Shown here piece after piece: positions 38,838-51,438 of a stretch of 63,723 nt of DNA. The notes beneath the pieces were generated by a model. The model did not search any database and was not told the origin of the DNA. It saw only the letters and a program-made list of their open reading frames with translations. Positions within the stretch are counted from its first letter, which is position 1, and each line of letters opens with the position of its first letter. The stretch is from Sarea resinae (Eukaryota): the NCBI GenBank assembly GCA_026026165.1, contig JAPEUD010000070.1, positions 62,001-125,723 of the forward strand. Direction: 5' to 3'. Made by a program: the position numbers and the translations under genes.

Positions 38838-40023
38838 CTAGGTCATAAACTTTTTCACATCCGAGTTGTTGTACACGACGTCCCAGTCGATCATATTCCA
38901 CCAGGCCTCAAGGAAGTCTCTCTTCCCGCCAACGCCCCAATCTCGTAGGTAGACGTGCTCCCACGTATTCAGACACAGCACGGGCACCAAGTTGACGCCG
39001 CCGGGTGCCGGCCGATCGGGCTGTCCGCTCCGGGGGCCAAACTTGCCGACCGTGTTCTGCACCGTGGTCATGCGCGCGTAGTCGGCGCCGCTGAGCCCGC
39101 CCACCGTCTCGGCCGACTGCGTGTTCATGTCCAGCGGCTGCCGGCGGTTGTGGGCTTCCGGGTAGGGCGAGCCGGCCAGGTAGGTGGTCAGGATCCGGAA
39201 TTTGTCGCCCTCGGCCTTGACGAGCCAGACGAAGCCCGGGCCGAACATGGCGCTGGCCGTCGCGACGAATTCGCGGCGGAGCGTGTCGACCGAGGAGAAG
39301 TCCTCGGCGAGTTTGTCGCCGAGCCGTTTGGGCATCGCGGTCGGTTTGGAGGATGGGGTCTATTGTTTTGGAGAGGCCGCACTGGTTAGACGGGCTGGCT
39401 TTGCTGGGATAGACGGACGGATGGGCAAGGAGAAGCGGGGCTTGGGAGAACATACGATGCAGTTGAAGAAGAAGTGGTTGTTATGTGCCATGGAGGCATG
39501 ATTGAAGAGTGAGGCCATGTCTGCTTGTCGAGCGTATTTGAGGAGAAGGTGCTTGGTTGTGGCATTCTCATCCGGGGTTCCTGATAAGAAGATGCGGCGG
39601 CAGTGGTCAGCAACGCGGTCTTGCTGCAAGCAAACGCCTCCCCGACGCATTCTTGGGACGATGGTTGCCGATTGACTAACCTCCGGTCAAGAGATTCAAC
39701 TTCTCCACCATCAAACCCTGGTACTGCGTCCAGGCGATGTCGAAACCCTCGGCGGAGAGTAGGCCCGGCACGCCATCTTTCTTGAATGCCTCGTCGTGTG
39801 TCAATGGCGGCACATGATGGATGCGCCGACTCTGCTGGATCGAAGGGCCGACGGATCGTCTCTGGGAGGAGCAGAGCAGGAAGAAGAATTAGCTACGGCA
39901 ATTGATTCGCTGGAGCGTGGAGGGTAGACAGAGCAGAAAGGGCATGAGCGGACTCACCAGACAGGAGCTCCCCGCTCGCAGGACACCGTGTGCTGGCCGG
40001 AGCAAATGCCGTTGGAGTGGCAT
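38838..40023 (-). CDS. RSM26: Mitochondrial small-subunit ribosomal protein with Fe/Mn-SOD fold (Rsm26/mS42-like), multi-exon
   Basis: HHVPPLTH..DGVPGLLS..GFDIAWTQYQ, FNHASMAHNNHFFF, FGPGFVWL, TYLAGSP, LCLNTWEHVYLRDWG. SOD metal ligands incomplete (NTWEH instead of DxWEH). Confidence 0.8.
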
Positions 40024-40126
40024 GGCGGATGGTATGGGGATGATTGATCTGTCCGGGAGCGAAAGGGAAAAGAGAGCGCGGCGCCTATCACCGTCTACCA
40101 ACTGAGCCGAATTGCAACAAATTCAC

Positions 40127-40167
40127 GATGTACGATGTACGATGTACAATGTACGACGTACGATGTA
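40127..40167. repeat. Heptamer tandem repeat (GATGTAC-like, ~6 units) upstream of the RSM26-like gene
   Basis: gatgtacgatgtacgatgtacaatgtacgacgtacgatgtac. Confidence 0.85.
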
Positions 40168-40813
40168 CCCTTGGCTTGACCATTGTATGGCTCTGCCGCC
40201 TGACTAAGCGCTGGGAGGTACCCCCCGGTACGAGCGACGGTCTGCAACACCAACCATGTGTCGTGTGTGTGCCGTGGACGGACAACTTGACACAACGCGC
40301 AGCAATGGCAAGCGCCCGGATGTCGCCAGACGTCGATGGCGGTACAGCCTCACTCGTTTCACGTTTCATGCTGCTGTCGAGATGCGCATCTCCCGTCCTC
40401 TCGATGTTTCTTGCCGATCAAATGCCAGCCCAACCATGGCGGGCATGACTTGCCTTGTTTCGATTTGGCGTTTCTTCGGCGCCTCTGGCTCTCCGTCGAG
40501 CCATCTTCAGACCGCTAATCTAGTCTGCTTGCTTCGCGCCACGGAGTGGTGCTACTAACGCTGTCTGGGAATAGAATGATGGAGGATCATCATGGATGCA
40601 GCGCATTCGAAGTTCCTTTTCTCTTGCTATATAGCTGTTCTCCTCCCTTGATGCCTCTTTTCCCCCTCTTTCGTTCGTTCAAACCGCAAACAGCCTCATG
40701 CATCTTCCTCGTGCGACCGATTCTGACTCGCTCTCTGCCTTTTCTTCTTCTTCTTCGTCTTGAAGAACTTCTCTCCCTCGTTCTTTTTAATCCTTCTCGT
40801 GCTGGCCATTTCC

Positions 40814-42652
40814 ATGGAATGGGCGGTCTGGCGCATCTTGGCCGTGGTCTGTCTGATCTCTTCCATTCCCCAATGCGTATCCGGCTTCCATTTCGCCGAC
40901 TCTTCAGCCGACGTCTTCGGTCTTGCCACAAGGGCTACGAGCACCTGCAGTGACTCGTCCTATACACAATGCGGAGACAGCAATCTTCCGTCCAACTTTT
41001 GCTGTGGGCCGAAGACATCCTGCATCGTCCTCAACAATGCAACCTCGATCATGTGCTGCCCCGAGGGGTCGGACTGTCAGAGTATCTCTCCCATCACCTG
41101 CGATATCAGCCAGCAGAATGCCACCCTGCATCCGACGTCTTCTTTCTTGAGCACGAATCTAACCGCCACCCTTGAGTCCTGCGGTGATGCCTGCTGCCCC
41201 CAGGGATATACGTGCCAGAAAGGCTCGAATGCTTGTCTCATGGATACTGAGTCCTCACCTTCCAGCGCCGGTGCAAGCACTGTCAGCTCTACTGCCACTG
41301 CATCGTCTACCAATGCCGCGTCTTCATCTACTAATACCGCCTCTCCTACCTCCGGGGCGGCTTCAACCACATCTATATCGAGGCAAAGCAGCACTATAGC
41401 AGCTTCTTCATCCTCACCTACAAATACTTCATCCTCCTCCAACAACAACACCACTGTCGTTCCTCTCAAAACCCAGCATTGTCCTGCCCTACCAGGCACA
41501 GCCATTGTCGCCGGCTTCTTCCCTGGTTTCATAGCCGGCATTCTCCTCGCTCTCTTGACACCTAGATGTCTAGGCTGGTGCCGACGACGACGGATCGAGC
41601 ATGAGAACGCCCGCGATCCAGACCTCACATCCATGACGACCATAAGCGGCAAAGTGTCGAATCCCATCTATCAGCCGCAGTACGGGTGTCGCACTGACTT
41701 CCTCCGACAAAACTCGATCTCTCGCTCGGCAGCCGTGTCGAATAGAGTCAAGTCCTTGTTCTCGCGCTCGCCGTCTACCGTGACAAGAGGAGTGTATGGT
41801 AGAGATAGAGGGCTAGAGAGGGGAGGGGACACACCGACTACTATCAGCACAGCCGCCAGCACGTGCAATAGCTCGACTGCGAGTCTCGAACCACCGGCGC
41901 AATCTCAGATGCAACACGCGCAGCATCCTCTCACGCCGACGCTCCCTCCCAATCAATACAGCAAAGCGGGCGTTGTGCTCACGCCAGCAAGAACGACATC
42001 AACCAAATCAGCCAGTAAGATGACGCCAACTTCCATCAAGCAGAACAAAGACAGAAACACGGCCTTAACACGGTCTTCGTCGACGGAATCCATCAGCGTG
42101 GTCTTCTCACCCCCTCGACCTCTGCGACCGACTCCGAATCGGAGCGACACATCGACGCCGCCGTCGCAACCAGAAAACCCCTTCCTCCAACCCTCGGCTG
42201 TGATTCACAGCCCGCCACGACCGTCCAAGGGGCCACCGAGAGCAACAAACACCCCTCCACCAAGAACAACAGCAACAATAACGCGGGTGCCGCCCCCAAT
42301 TCCGCCGCCCATCCCCCCACGCCGTCTCGCCGTTCCCGTGGCCGTACCCACATATCAGACGCTCCAGCAACAGCACCACAGCCAGCATCTGCAACCGCAA
42401 ACCTACCGCGAGAGTCCGACTCAGCAGAGTCAACGGGACCGCGACTCCCACATGACGTCCGGCACCACTTTCACCGCCATGATGCAGGATGCTGGACTCA
42501 GGGGCGACGATATCTTCTTCACGCCGTCGCCTCCTCTGCCGAATTCCGCGGTCACGGCCAAGGGGGAGGGTCCTAGACCCTTGAGCTTGGGAGCGGGCTA
42601 TTCGAATCGTGCGAAAATAGAGGGCGGCGGCTTGAGGATCAAAGACGTCTAG
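40814..42652 (+). CDS. Type I membrane protein: signal peptide, Cys-rich ectodomain, Ser/Thr stalk, one TM, Pro-rich tail (cell-surface sensor-like)
   Basis: Hydrophobic N-terminus; FCC..CC PEGSDC..ITCD..CCPQGYTC; S/T run; TM AIVAGFFPGFIAGILLALL followed by RRRR. Confidence 0.85.
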   Translation: MEWAVWRILAVVCLISSIPQCVSGFHFADSSADVFGLATRATSTCSDSSYTQCGDSNLPSNFCCGPKTSCIVLNNATSIMCCPEGSDCQSISPITCDISQQNATLHPTSSFLSTNLTATLESCGDACCPQGYTCQKGSNACLMDTESSPSSAGASTVSSTATASSTNAASSSTNTASPTSGAASTTSISRQSSTIAASSSSPTNTSSSSNNNTTVVPLKTQHCPALPGTAIVAGFFPGFIAGILLALLTPRCLGWCRRRRIEHENARDPDLTSMTTISGKVSNPIYQPQYGCRTDFLRQNSISRSAAVSNRVKSLFSRSPSTVTRGVYGRDRGLERGGDTPTTISTAASTCNSSTASLEPPAQSQMQHAQHPLTPTLPPNQYSKAGVVLTPARTTSTKSASKMTPTSIKQNKDRNTALTRSSSTESISVVFSPPRPLRPTPNRSDTSTPPSQPENPFLQPSAVIHSPPRPSKGPPRATNTPPPRTTATITRVPPPIPPPIPPRRLAVPVAVPTYQTLQQQHHSQHLQPQTYRESPTQQSQRDRDSHMTSGTTFTAMMQDAGLRGDDIFFTPSPPLPNSAVTAKGEGPRPLSLGAGYSNRAKIEGGGLRIKDV

Positions 42653-43795
42653 TCTGGTTGGGTCTGGTTTGGTCTACCACGTCATGCCCATTCCGTTCAT
42701 TTCGTTCTTTCTTTTTCTTTGTATTGTTAATATACGGCAATGCATCATGGCTAGGTGTTCATTTGGTTGTTTGTAATCATCTCATCAGCGATAGGAGTTA
42801 GATCATATATCGCTTGCCTCTTCAAATTCATAGCTCTATTCTAACCGTGTTATTGTCGTTCATTTATACCATCTTCCTTTTTGAGGTCGAGACACGGACC
42901 TCTACTTCCGCTTTAACCCTGAATTTCATCATCCTTATGCCCCATAAGCAGAATCGACGACAGGAGAAGAAAAAGAAGAGAAGACGAAATGAGGCGTCTC
43001 CTATGGCCTGATTTCAGTGAGTACTTGGAAAGACAATAAGATACTCATACGAGCCAACCATCTATAATCAAATCCCCTCCCAAAACCACCCCATCTTTTC
43101 CAAGTCTTTATAGAACGTGTAGGCACGGACTCGATACCCCATCGAGGCAAAGAAACCGGCCAGATGGGACGTGGCTCGAAAGGAAAGGGCTCAAAGGGGG
43201 GTGATACCACCGATAATGTGCTTTTCTGGTGAGTGCCGATGGTAAATATAGTTTGATTGTCATGATGGAGACAACGAACGGCTTGAATGGTCCATTGGAA
43301 TGCGGATGGCGAGGGTGCGAAGTGCTATTTGGGGAGGAGGATACAAAGTGGGATTCGTGATGGGACAACCGCATCGTTCCTTCCGTTTTTGGGCACAATG
43401 TGTAGGTAGCCTGCTTTGCTATAGTCTAACGTCAGGCGTGCACTTTCCAATATGACCACATACAGCGAGAGGCCATTCCCTCGTCGCCGCAGACCCTTCG
43501 TCCCTTCGACCATCTGATCAATTCAGTCGCATCTATCCTCGCTCCCAGCACACCATTCTCACGGATAGCGGAAACGTTTTCACATCTCTTGTCAACGGAA
43601 GCTCTGGTGCGGTAAGCATGCCATATCCTCAAGGCACGAGAGACAAGCTTGGGACTGATTGTCTCGCGCGTAGAGTCGCGGCGGTAGATATCAACACAGG
43701 ACGAGTCAAGAGGCCCGCCGGAATCAGGCTCGCAAGGATATTGGATATTCATCGCAGAAAGACGCGATGGTGGGAACTAAAAGTGGCTTCGGTAA

Positions 43796-44599
43796 ATGTC
43801 TTCTTCTTGCTTGCTTTGTAAAGATCTCAGAACTGATGGAAGCACTACAGACGTCGCGGGAGCTCCTCCCAGTATGCCGACGCCCAGCACTGACGAAAAC
43901 ATTGCTGAGGCCAAAGAAGCTCCTCCTCTTACGCCGGAGGGCGAGTGGCAGTGCATGAACAACTTCTCTCAGTTCACGCGCCGCCATGCCGCATCCGGAG
44001 CGTCAACGGATATTCGAGAGCAGGCTACAAGCCAATTCGACACCAGCATTACCAGGGATGCAATCCTAGTTGACAATGTCGAGGCAAGGGAAGAGCTAGC
44101 TCGGGCCTGGGCAGAATTCTGGATCTTGCGCGAGCAAGGCGATTTGAATACAGCACACGGGTACGCTCTCGGATGCCCGTCATCAGAGATGGAATCAGAG
44201 ATCGAGGCTGAAATCGGAGACTGCTTCGATCGCCCGATGGATGAGGATCACGTTTACAGCGACCGAGGATCGCCAATGCTTGCACCAGATTCCGGCCGGA
44301 CTCACAACGTCCCCGATCTCTCCGCCAGTCCCGAGAACTTCAACTTTTCCAACAAGCGCAAGGCTTCAAACGACCTGACCCGCACAAACATCAAGACAAG
44401 ACCGAAGGCGAACCGACGCCAGTCGCAAAGACGGGACTCATCAGCCGCTCTAGCAGACATGAACGGCAGAAGCATGATGGGGAACATCCAAGGGGATGGA
44501 GAAAGCCCAATCATGTATAGAACATCTTTCCATCTGGAAATGGGTCCACCGCCCCCATTCCGCAAACGCAAGAGAGAATACGACCCAGTCGATGAATAA
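43796..44599 (+). CDS. Hypothetical protein, probable last exon of a spliced gene (candidate upstream exons ~43300-43790 unresolved)
   Basis: 267-codon ORF with acidic and basic/NLS-like segments (RKRKR); candidate introns gtaggt..ctaac..cag and gtaagc..ctgat..tag upstream. Confidence 0.45.
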   Translation: MSSSCLLCKDLRTDGSTTDVAGAPPSMPTPSTDENIAEAKEAPPLTPEGEWQCMNNFSQFTRRHAASGASTDIREQATSQFDTSITRDAILVDNVEAREELARAWAEFWILREQGDLNTAHGYALGCPSSEMESEIEAEIGDCFDRPMDEDHVYSDRGSPMLAPDSGRTHNVPDLSASPENFNFSNKRKASNDLTRTNIKTRPKANRRQSQRRDSSAALADMNGRSMMGNIQGDGESPIMYRTSFHLEMGPPPPFRKRKREYDPVDE

Positions 44600-44848
44600 T
44601 GGTTTTTCACTTCTGGATGATATTAGAAAGGGGATAAACCGAGCCTTTCTCTGGGGAGCGCGAACTGGATCAACAGGGAATGGATTGGGAAGTTATTGTA
44701 TTTGGCCTCGCAACAGGCATCTTGTTTTTTTGATGATTCTATCACATTCTTTAGAATAGAAGGGGAAGGTTGAAGGTTAATGATATGCCAGTCACCAAGT
44801 TATCTTCTGCTATCAAAAATGATTGATTACGTGATGAGAATGTGGCGG

Positions 44849-44861
44849 TCGGGGATCGCCG
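44849..44861 (+). promoter_or_regulatory. Candidate UaY/Ppr1-type site TCGG-N6-CCG upstream of hxB
   Basis: TCGG GGATCG CCG about 400 bp upstream of the hxB ATG, with GATA cores nearby. A short motif that could occur by chance. Confidence 0.4.
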
Positions 44862-45257
44862 CCAGGATCGCAACTCGATAACAATGATGATGGAACACAT
44901 CCCGAACCCGTAGAGCCGTGATCAATCACTTCACCTTCCGACCGCCAGAACCGTCAGCGGACAAAAGCTCCTGGATCGGTATTCTGGTTTCATCCGCGAT
45001 CGAGGATTACCCCATCGGATGTCCTTCGCCATCAAATCTTTCTTTGCCAAGGCATCATGTGTGGTGGGAGGCCGATAACAAGGCTTCGGACCTCTCCGCC
45101 ACCCACTTGCGGGCTGGACCCCCCAATACAGGATATTACTTGACGGGTCCTCTTCAAAGAACTTCAGCTGCAACATAAAATCGCAATCATGGTGAAAGAC
45201 AGAAGGAGGATCCGATGCGAATCTGCTGGGCTCTCGAGCAATTGTGCAGTAGGCGCA

Positions 45258-47867
45258 ATGGCAGAGGATGAGAGGGCCCAATGCTACACCGCTGCCGTGG
45301 AAGAGATCCGGGAGAGAGAGTATCCGATGCTCAAGGGTAATGGAATCCCACCTAACCAATGATTCATGCTAAAGCTGTATTCAGACACCGTCTATCTGGA
45401 TCATGCGGGGACAACGCCTTATGCCAAATCTCTGATGGAACGCTTCTCCTTCGAGATGACCACAAACCTATTCGGAAATCCACATTCAGCGTCGCCATCT
45501 TCCCAATTATCTACCCAGTCCATTGAAAACATTCGGCTGCGGGTTCTTCGTTTCTTCAATGCCGATCCCGACGACTTTGACGTGGTCTTCGTGGCCAATG
45601 CCACCGCTGGCATCAAACTGGTCACGGAAGGATTTCGGAATCAGAAGAATGGTTTTCGGTATTCTTATCACAGAGATGCTCACACGAGTCTGATCGGAGT
45701 TCGGGAGGAGGCCACTTCACATGTTTGTTTCGAATCGGATCAAGACGTCGAAAGATGGCTGTCTGATGAGGGACCGGAGGATACCGGTCAAACGGACGAT
45801 GTCGGGCTTTTCGCATTTCCGGCGCAATCAAACATGAACGGTCGCCGCCTTCCCCTCGAATGGTGTGGACGCCTGCGATCTTTTCAGGGTGTCAACAAAT
45901 CTATCTATTCACTACTCGACGCTGCTGCTCTGGTCTCCACATCGCCACTGGATCTCGGAAAGTCGGAGACAGCGCCCGACTTCACTGTTCTTAGTTTTTA
46001 CAAGATCTTCGGCTTCCCTGACCTTGGTGCTCTGATAGTACGAAAAGATTCCGGTCACATATTGCAGAAGAGGAAGTACTTTGGTGGCGGGACGGTGGAT
46101 ATGGTTCTGTGCTTGGAAGAGCAATGGCACGTGAAAAAGGAGGAGACATTACATGAGCAGCTCGAAGATGGAACTCTACCTATACACAGTATCATTGCCC
46201 TTGGTTGCGCAATGGATGTGCATCAACAACTATACACGTCAATGGATCGCATTTCTCGACATACGGGCCATCTTGCCGAGAAGCTATATCACGGGCTTAG
46301 CTCCCTTCGCCATGGCAAAGAGCAAGCCGTCTGTGTGATATACAAGGACCCGTTGTCAGACTATCTAGACCCGAAAACCCAGGGTCCCATTATTGCTTTC
46401 AACATAAGAAGTAGCCAGGGCGCCTGGGCTAGTAACACGGAGTTCGAAAAACTTGCAGCCGTCAAGAATATCCAGCTGCGGAGCGGTGGTCTTTGCAATC
46501 CGGGTGGGGTTTCCTCTGCTCTCGACCTGGCTCCCTGGGAGATGAAGCGCAATTTATCCGCCGGCCAACGATGTGGCAATGAGAATGATGTCATGTCCGG
46601 AAAGCCCACCGGCGTCATTCGCGTCGCCCTTGGTGCCATGAGCAGCATGCGCGATGTCGAAGCGTTCGTCGGTTTCGTTCGAGAATTTTTTGTTGAGAGG
46701 AAAATCGCAATAGCCCGTACTCCACGAATCAGCGCATCAAAGGCTGACGGCTTCCGAGTCGAAAGCTTGATGGTATATCCTATCAAGAGTTGCGCTGGAT
46801 TCAGGATACCCATGGATTGCCAATGGGAAGTACGGAATGAAGGTCTGGCCTGGGACAGAGAATGGTGTCTCGTCCACCAAGGTACTGGCGTTGCTCTCAG
46901 TCAAAAGAAATATCCGAAAATGGCTCTCATCCGTCCCAGCATCGATCTAGAATCTGGCGTTCTGCGAGTACAGCTCCACCCACGAATACAAAAAAGGTCG
47001 CTGTCGTTTCAGCAGACGGAGATGACGGTTCCATTATCCGCAGACCCTACATACTTCGAAAAGACTGGTGGCCTTCCAGCAAAAGTATGCGGAGATCTCA
47101 TTTCTGCACACAAGTACACAATGCCCCATATATCCGAATTCTTCACAGCCGCTCTCGGTGTACCTTGTACGCTTGTCCGATTCCCTGCGGCATCCTCCTC
47201 TGGAGCGTCGACTCGGCACGCAAAGGCCCATCTACGCAATCATCAGCTCGATGCCGTCCAGCGCCAGTCCGCAGGTGTTTCTTCCTCGATAAGCGAAGAC
47301 GGCAACACTGTGGGACCTTTACTTCTCTCGAATGAGAGCCCGATCCTAACAATCTCGACATCCAGCCTCAATCGCCTAAACGAGCAGATCAAAAGCCGTG
47401 GCGGCAAAGCAGCAAGTGCGGAAGTGTTCCGAGCCAACATCGTCGTTGCTGAGGCCCACGACCCGGGCCTCGATCTCCACCGCTACCTGGGAACCCTGAC
47501 GTCCCCACTCTCCGTCCGTCCACGTTGCGAACGGCCCTATATCGAAGACCGATGGCGCTACCTCCACATCGGTACGCAGTCCTATCAATGTCTAGGCCCG
47601 TGCCGTCGGTGTCAGATGGTCTGCGTCGATCAAGAGACGGCGGAGAAGAACGAGGAACCTTTTGTCACGCTGGCAAAGACGCGCCGGTTCAACGGCAGGG
47701 TCTTTTTCGGACAGCATACCCGTCTTCTGATGAGGCCTGCCGCCGTCGCTTGTTCTTCGGTCGACGCAGATCCGTTCTTGCCCAAGACGCCGACCATCGC
47801 TATTGGTGACCCCGTCAGGCCTATCATCGGAGAGACGGATGAATTGTTCGCTGATTTGAAAAGCTGA
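45258..47867 (+). CDS. hxB: Molybdenum cofactor sulfurase; join(45258..45336,45385..47867)
   Basis: EIREREYPML|DTVYLDHAG, GNPHS, SFYKIFGFPDLG (PLP Lys), LRSGGLCNPG, MOSC domain YPIKSC..WDREW, FRANIV, GPCRRCQM. Confidence 0.95.
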
Positions 47868-48183
47868 AGTCAAGGCGTAGCGTTGTTTTGCCCTTCATTA
47901 CTTAAGCCTACCTACCTCACGTTACCTTACCTGTGCGACGTATATATCACAATGGATGCTATCAACACTTTCGCTTCTTATAAACAACTAGAATCGCCGA
48001 TTGATATCCTTTCTAGTTAAGGAAGTAGAGAGGTAGGGAAACATGTAAGTATAAATGTCATGTTACAGTCATATACCAACCATCGTCTTCATTTCGGTCA
48101 AGGATTTTTGTTCAGCCTATATCGGCTGCCGGCCGTCAAGGTGATCATGGAAGGGGGTTAGTGAAGTCAACAAAGACGGCTGA

Positions 48184-48311
48184 GATAAGCCTAACCCTCA
48201 CCAAAATTGGCAGTCGCTCTTGGTGGTCTAAGATTAGTCATCTAGTATCCCCCCCCTGCTCTGTTTACCCCACCACCCCGACATGCGCGCGCTCGACGAT
48301 AAGGAGATAAG
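48184..48311 (+). promoter_or_regulatory. Cluster of GATAAG sites (AreA/NIT2-type) upstream of the deaminase
   Basis: GATAAG at 48184, 48298 and 48306, followed by TATA-like CATAAATA. Confidence 0.5.
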
Positions 48312-48388
48312 GACATAAATATACTCAGTCATTCATGTTCACTAGACAGACGTAACCAAAGTGGCGGCAATCCCGCAGCTCTTGCACG

Positions 48389-49585
48389 ATGGGCAAAGTC
48401 AAGAACAACATCGATCCCGAAGAACTCGCTCGAGCCAGTCGGCTGATGAAAACACCCAACGAGTTCATCCAGAACCTGCCGAAAGTCGAACTGCACTTGC
48501 ACATTGAGGGCACCTTGTCGCCCGCGCTGCGCTGGCGATTAGCCCAGCGGAACCACCTCCAGCTGAAGCACAAGTCGCGCGTTTACGAGACCGAGGAGCA
48601 GCTGGCGAGCAGCTACAACGTCATCTACAACCACCGCGGCAAACTGCGCGGCGACGACGAGCGGCCGACTTTTCTGGACGCTTACTATGGCGGCATGGAC
48701 GTCTTGAGGGAGCCCGAGGACTTTTACGATCTCGGCATGGCCTATCTCGAGCGGTGCCGAGACATGAGTGTGCGCTACACTGAGCCGTTCTTCGACCCGC
48801 AGGCTCATACCCGCAGAGGCGTGTCGCTGGAGGCCGTGATGGACGGACTGAAGCGCGCGCAGACGGACGGCAAAGGCAAACTAGGCGTAAGTATACCGTC
48901 GTCGAATGGTTTTCCGTCGCGGAATAGCTAACATCATTATGTCCAGGTCAGCTCACAATGGACCATGTGTTTCCTCCGCGACATGTCCCCCGAATCGGCC
49001 ATGGAACACTACACAGCCGCCCTAGCCTACCGGCCCTTTGTCCACGCCATCGGCCTCGACTCGGACGAATACGACCGCCCACCCTCGCTCTTCGAGGACG
49101 TCTACCAGCGTGCCCGAGCCGATGGCTTCCGCCTGACATGCCACTGCGACGTGGCGCAAAAAGACACGCACGACCACATCCGGCAAGTGGCGTCCACAGT
49201 GGCAGGCACGGGCGCGGATCGTATCGATCACGGCCTCAACGCGGCCGACGATCCGGATCTCGTGGCGCTGGTCCAGGAAAGGGACTTGGGCATGACGATA
49301 TGCCCGTGGGCTTATTACCGCCACGAGCCTGCGGATGAGGTCTTCCCTAAGGTCCGGATGCTCTTCGACGCCGGCGTCAAGGTCACGATCAACAGCGATG
49401 ATCCGGCGTACATGGGCGATAATTGGGTGGTGGAGAATCTGGCGCTGGTGGAAAAGATGTGCGGTTTTTCGCGTGCCGAACTGTGTCAACTGGAGAGAAA
49501 TGCCATTGAGATATCATGGGCCCCAGAGCTACTTAAAGCGAGACTTTTGGACGAGCTAGAGAATTTTCAGAGAGTGTTTAAGTAA
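48389..49585 (+). CDS. Adenine/adenosine deaminase family amidohydrolase with atypical HCD motif; join(48389..48886,48947..49585)
   Basis: LPKVELHLHIEGTL, FFDPQAHTRRG, MCFLRD, LTCHCDV (in place of HAGE), RIDHG, TINSDDPAY. Confidence 0.9.
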
Positions 49586-49677
49586 TGTGATTCTTTGCAG
49601 GGCACATTGCGTTCACGTATACAGCAAGAGAGTGGCAGATGTATTTCCGGTCTACTGAAGGGCACTAATCCCGCTAG

Positions 49678-51438
49678 CTATTGTAAAAAGGAAGGCCGAG
49701 AACTGTCCTTGGCTAGAACCTCGACATCTCCGCCTGCGAAAACTTTGCCCTCCTTTTTTGCTTCGATTCTCAGCCTCCTCACCCTGCGTATATCTCTCTC
49801 GGACCTCCAGGTCAGCCACCAGGTCCACAAGTTCGCCAGAAGTCCCGCGCCAATGGCCCCTGTGCAGATGCCAAATGAGACTTTATACCCATTATGAGCA
49901 TAGCGCTGCCGGAAGAGCTGCGGGCCTACTACGCCACCGACCTGCCCAACGCAAGACTGGAACGCCAGCGTAAAGGCCGTGCCCGTGGTGCCCACCAGCG
50001 TCGCGGAGCGCCACGCCCAGAACGGGATGAAATAGACCGAGTAGAACATGGTGCCAAGGATACAGGCGGCGTAGATGGCGCCGGGGCTGGTGACGGAGAG
50101 GAAGAGCGCAAAGGAGACGACCATGCCGACCATGATGATCATTATGAGGACCGGCCGCGTTACATATGCGCGGTTGAGGATCCAGCCCGAGAGAATAATC
50201 GCGAGCACGGACGCCACCGCAGGCGGTAAGTTAAGGAGCTGGTTGCGCGGAAGGCCGGCGAAGCCGAGGTCCGTCGTTATGGTTGGCAGATACCAGCTGA
50301 GGCCGTAGCCACCGAGATTGACGAGCGTCTGCGAGAGCATGAATGCATATGTTCTCGGATCCAATAGGGAGGCGATGATCTCATCTTTGGAGAAGGCGGC
50401 GTCTTTGGTGAGTGGCGCATTGGAGGTGAGTCGTTGCTCGATAAACTCTTGTTCTCTAGGCGTAAGCCATTTGTTGGAGCGGGCGGATTTGGGATAGTCG
50501 GGGAGGACGAAAAAGACGAGGATGGAGAACAGGATCGTCATCAATCCCTCAAGCAGATATACCCTGTATAGATCGATAAGCGTTTGCAGACGTTTTCAGG
50601 ACGAGGAGGGCACTAACCATCGCCATGCACTCAAGCCCTGAAGGCCATTCATGTATGAGATGCCGTATGCAAGCAGGGAACCGATGACACCCGAGAAGTT
50701 TTGGAACCCAAACATCCACATGATCGGCTTTTCCATTTCGTCGCTTCGATACCAGCTGCAGAGCTGAGCTGTGATACCTGGAAACATTCCGGCTTCCATC
50801 AAGCCGAGCAGGAAACGGACCGCGTAGAGTGAGTGCCGATTCTGGACGGCCGCATGACAGGCCAGTACGACACCCCATGAGAACACAATCCGCGACTGCC
50901 AGATTCGTGGAGTCATGCGCTTTAGGAGCAGATTGCTTGGGACCTCGAAGACAATGTAACTAATCTGTCGTCATTGAAGAAAGTAAGCCATTGCTGCCCA
51001 GCTCGGTCCGATGCATCTATGCCTTTCGCTGGCACAGATCACGAAGAAAGGCCTTGATAGTAGAACTTACAAAATATATAGACTGCACCCAATTGTACTG
51101 ATTGGCGGTCATTTTGAGCTCAACCAGGATATTTCGCGGCTGCTTGACCTGCAAGACTTTGATGTTGGCGGCATTAGTATAGTCGATCTACGGAGAAGAC
51201 AGATTAGCTAAAACGCGCCTGCAGAAGCAGCATTCGTACTCACTGTTTTGATCAGGTACATAAGCCCGATCAGCACGAGAAATCGATAGTCGACTTTTCG
51301 CATGATATGTTTCTCCTCTTCGGGCGAGAAGCTCGACAGAAATGCCGCTCGGTCTTCATTGCTGCTGTCGTCGTATTTGCGAACAGATACGCCGTCAGAT
51401 ATTTCCGTCGCCTCTAGATCAGGCTCTGATTTCGCCAT
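49678..51438 (-). CDS. MFS transporter, Dal5/allantoate permease (anion:cation symporter) family, multi-exon
   Basis: EEKHIMRKVDYRF, FEVPSNLLLK, RFLLGLMEAGMFPG, SWYRSDE, GLSAWRW, LPDYP..WLTPRE. Confidence 0.92.

Noticed and set aside
38838..40023. Fe/Mn superoxide dismutase
   Set aside because: The metal-ligand Asp is replaced (NTWEH) and the motifs fit the SOD-fold mitoribosomal protein.
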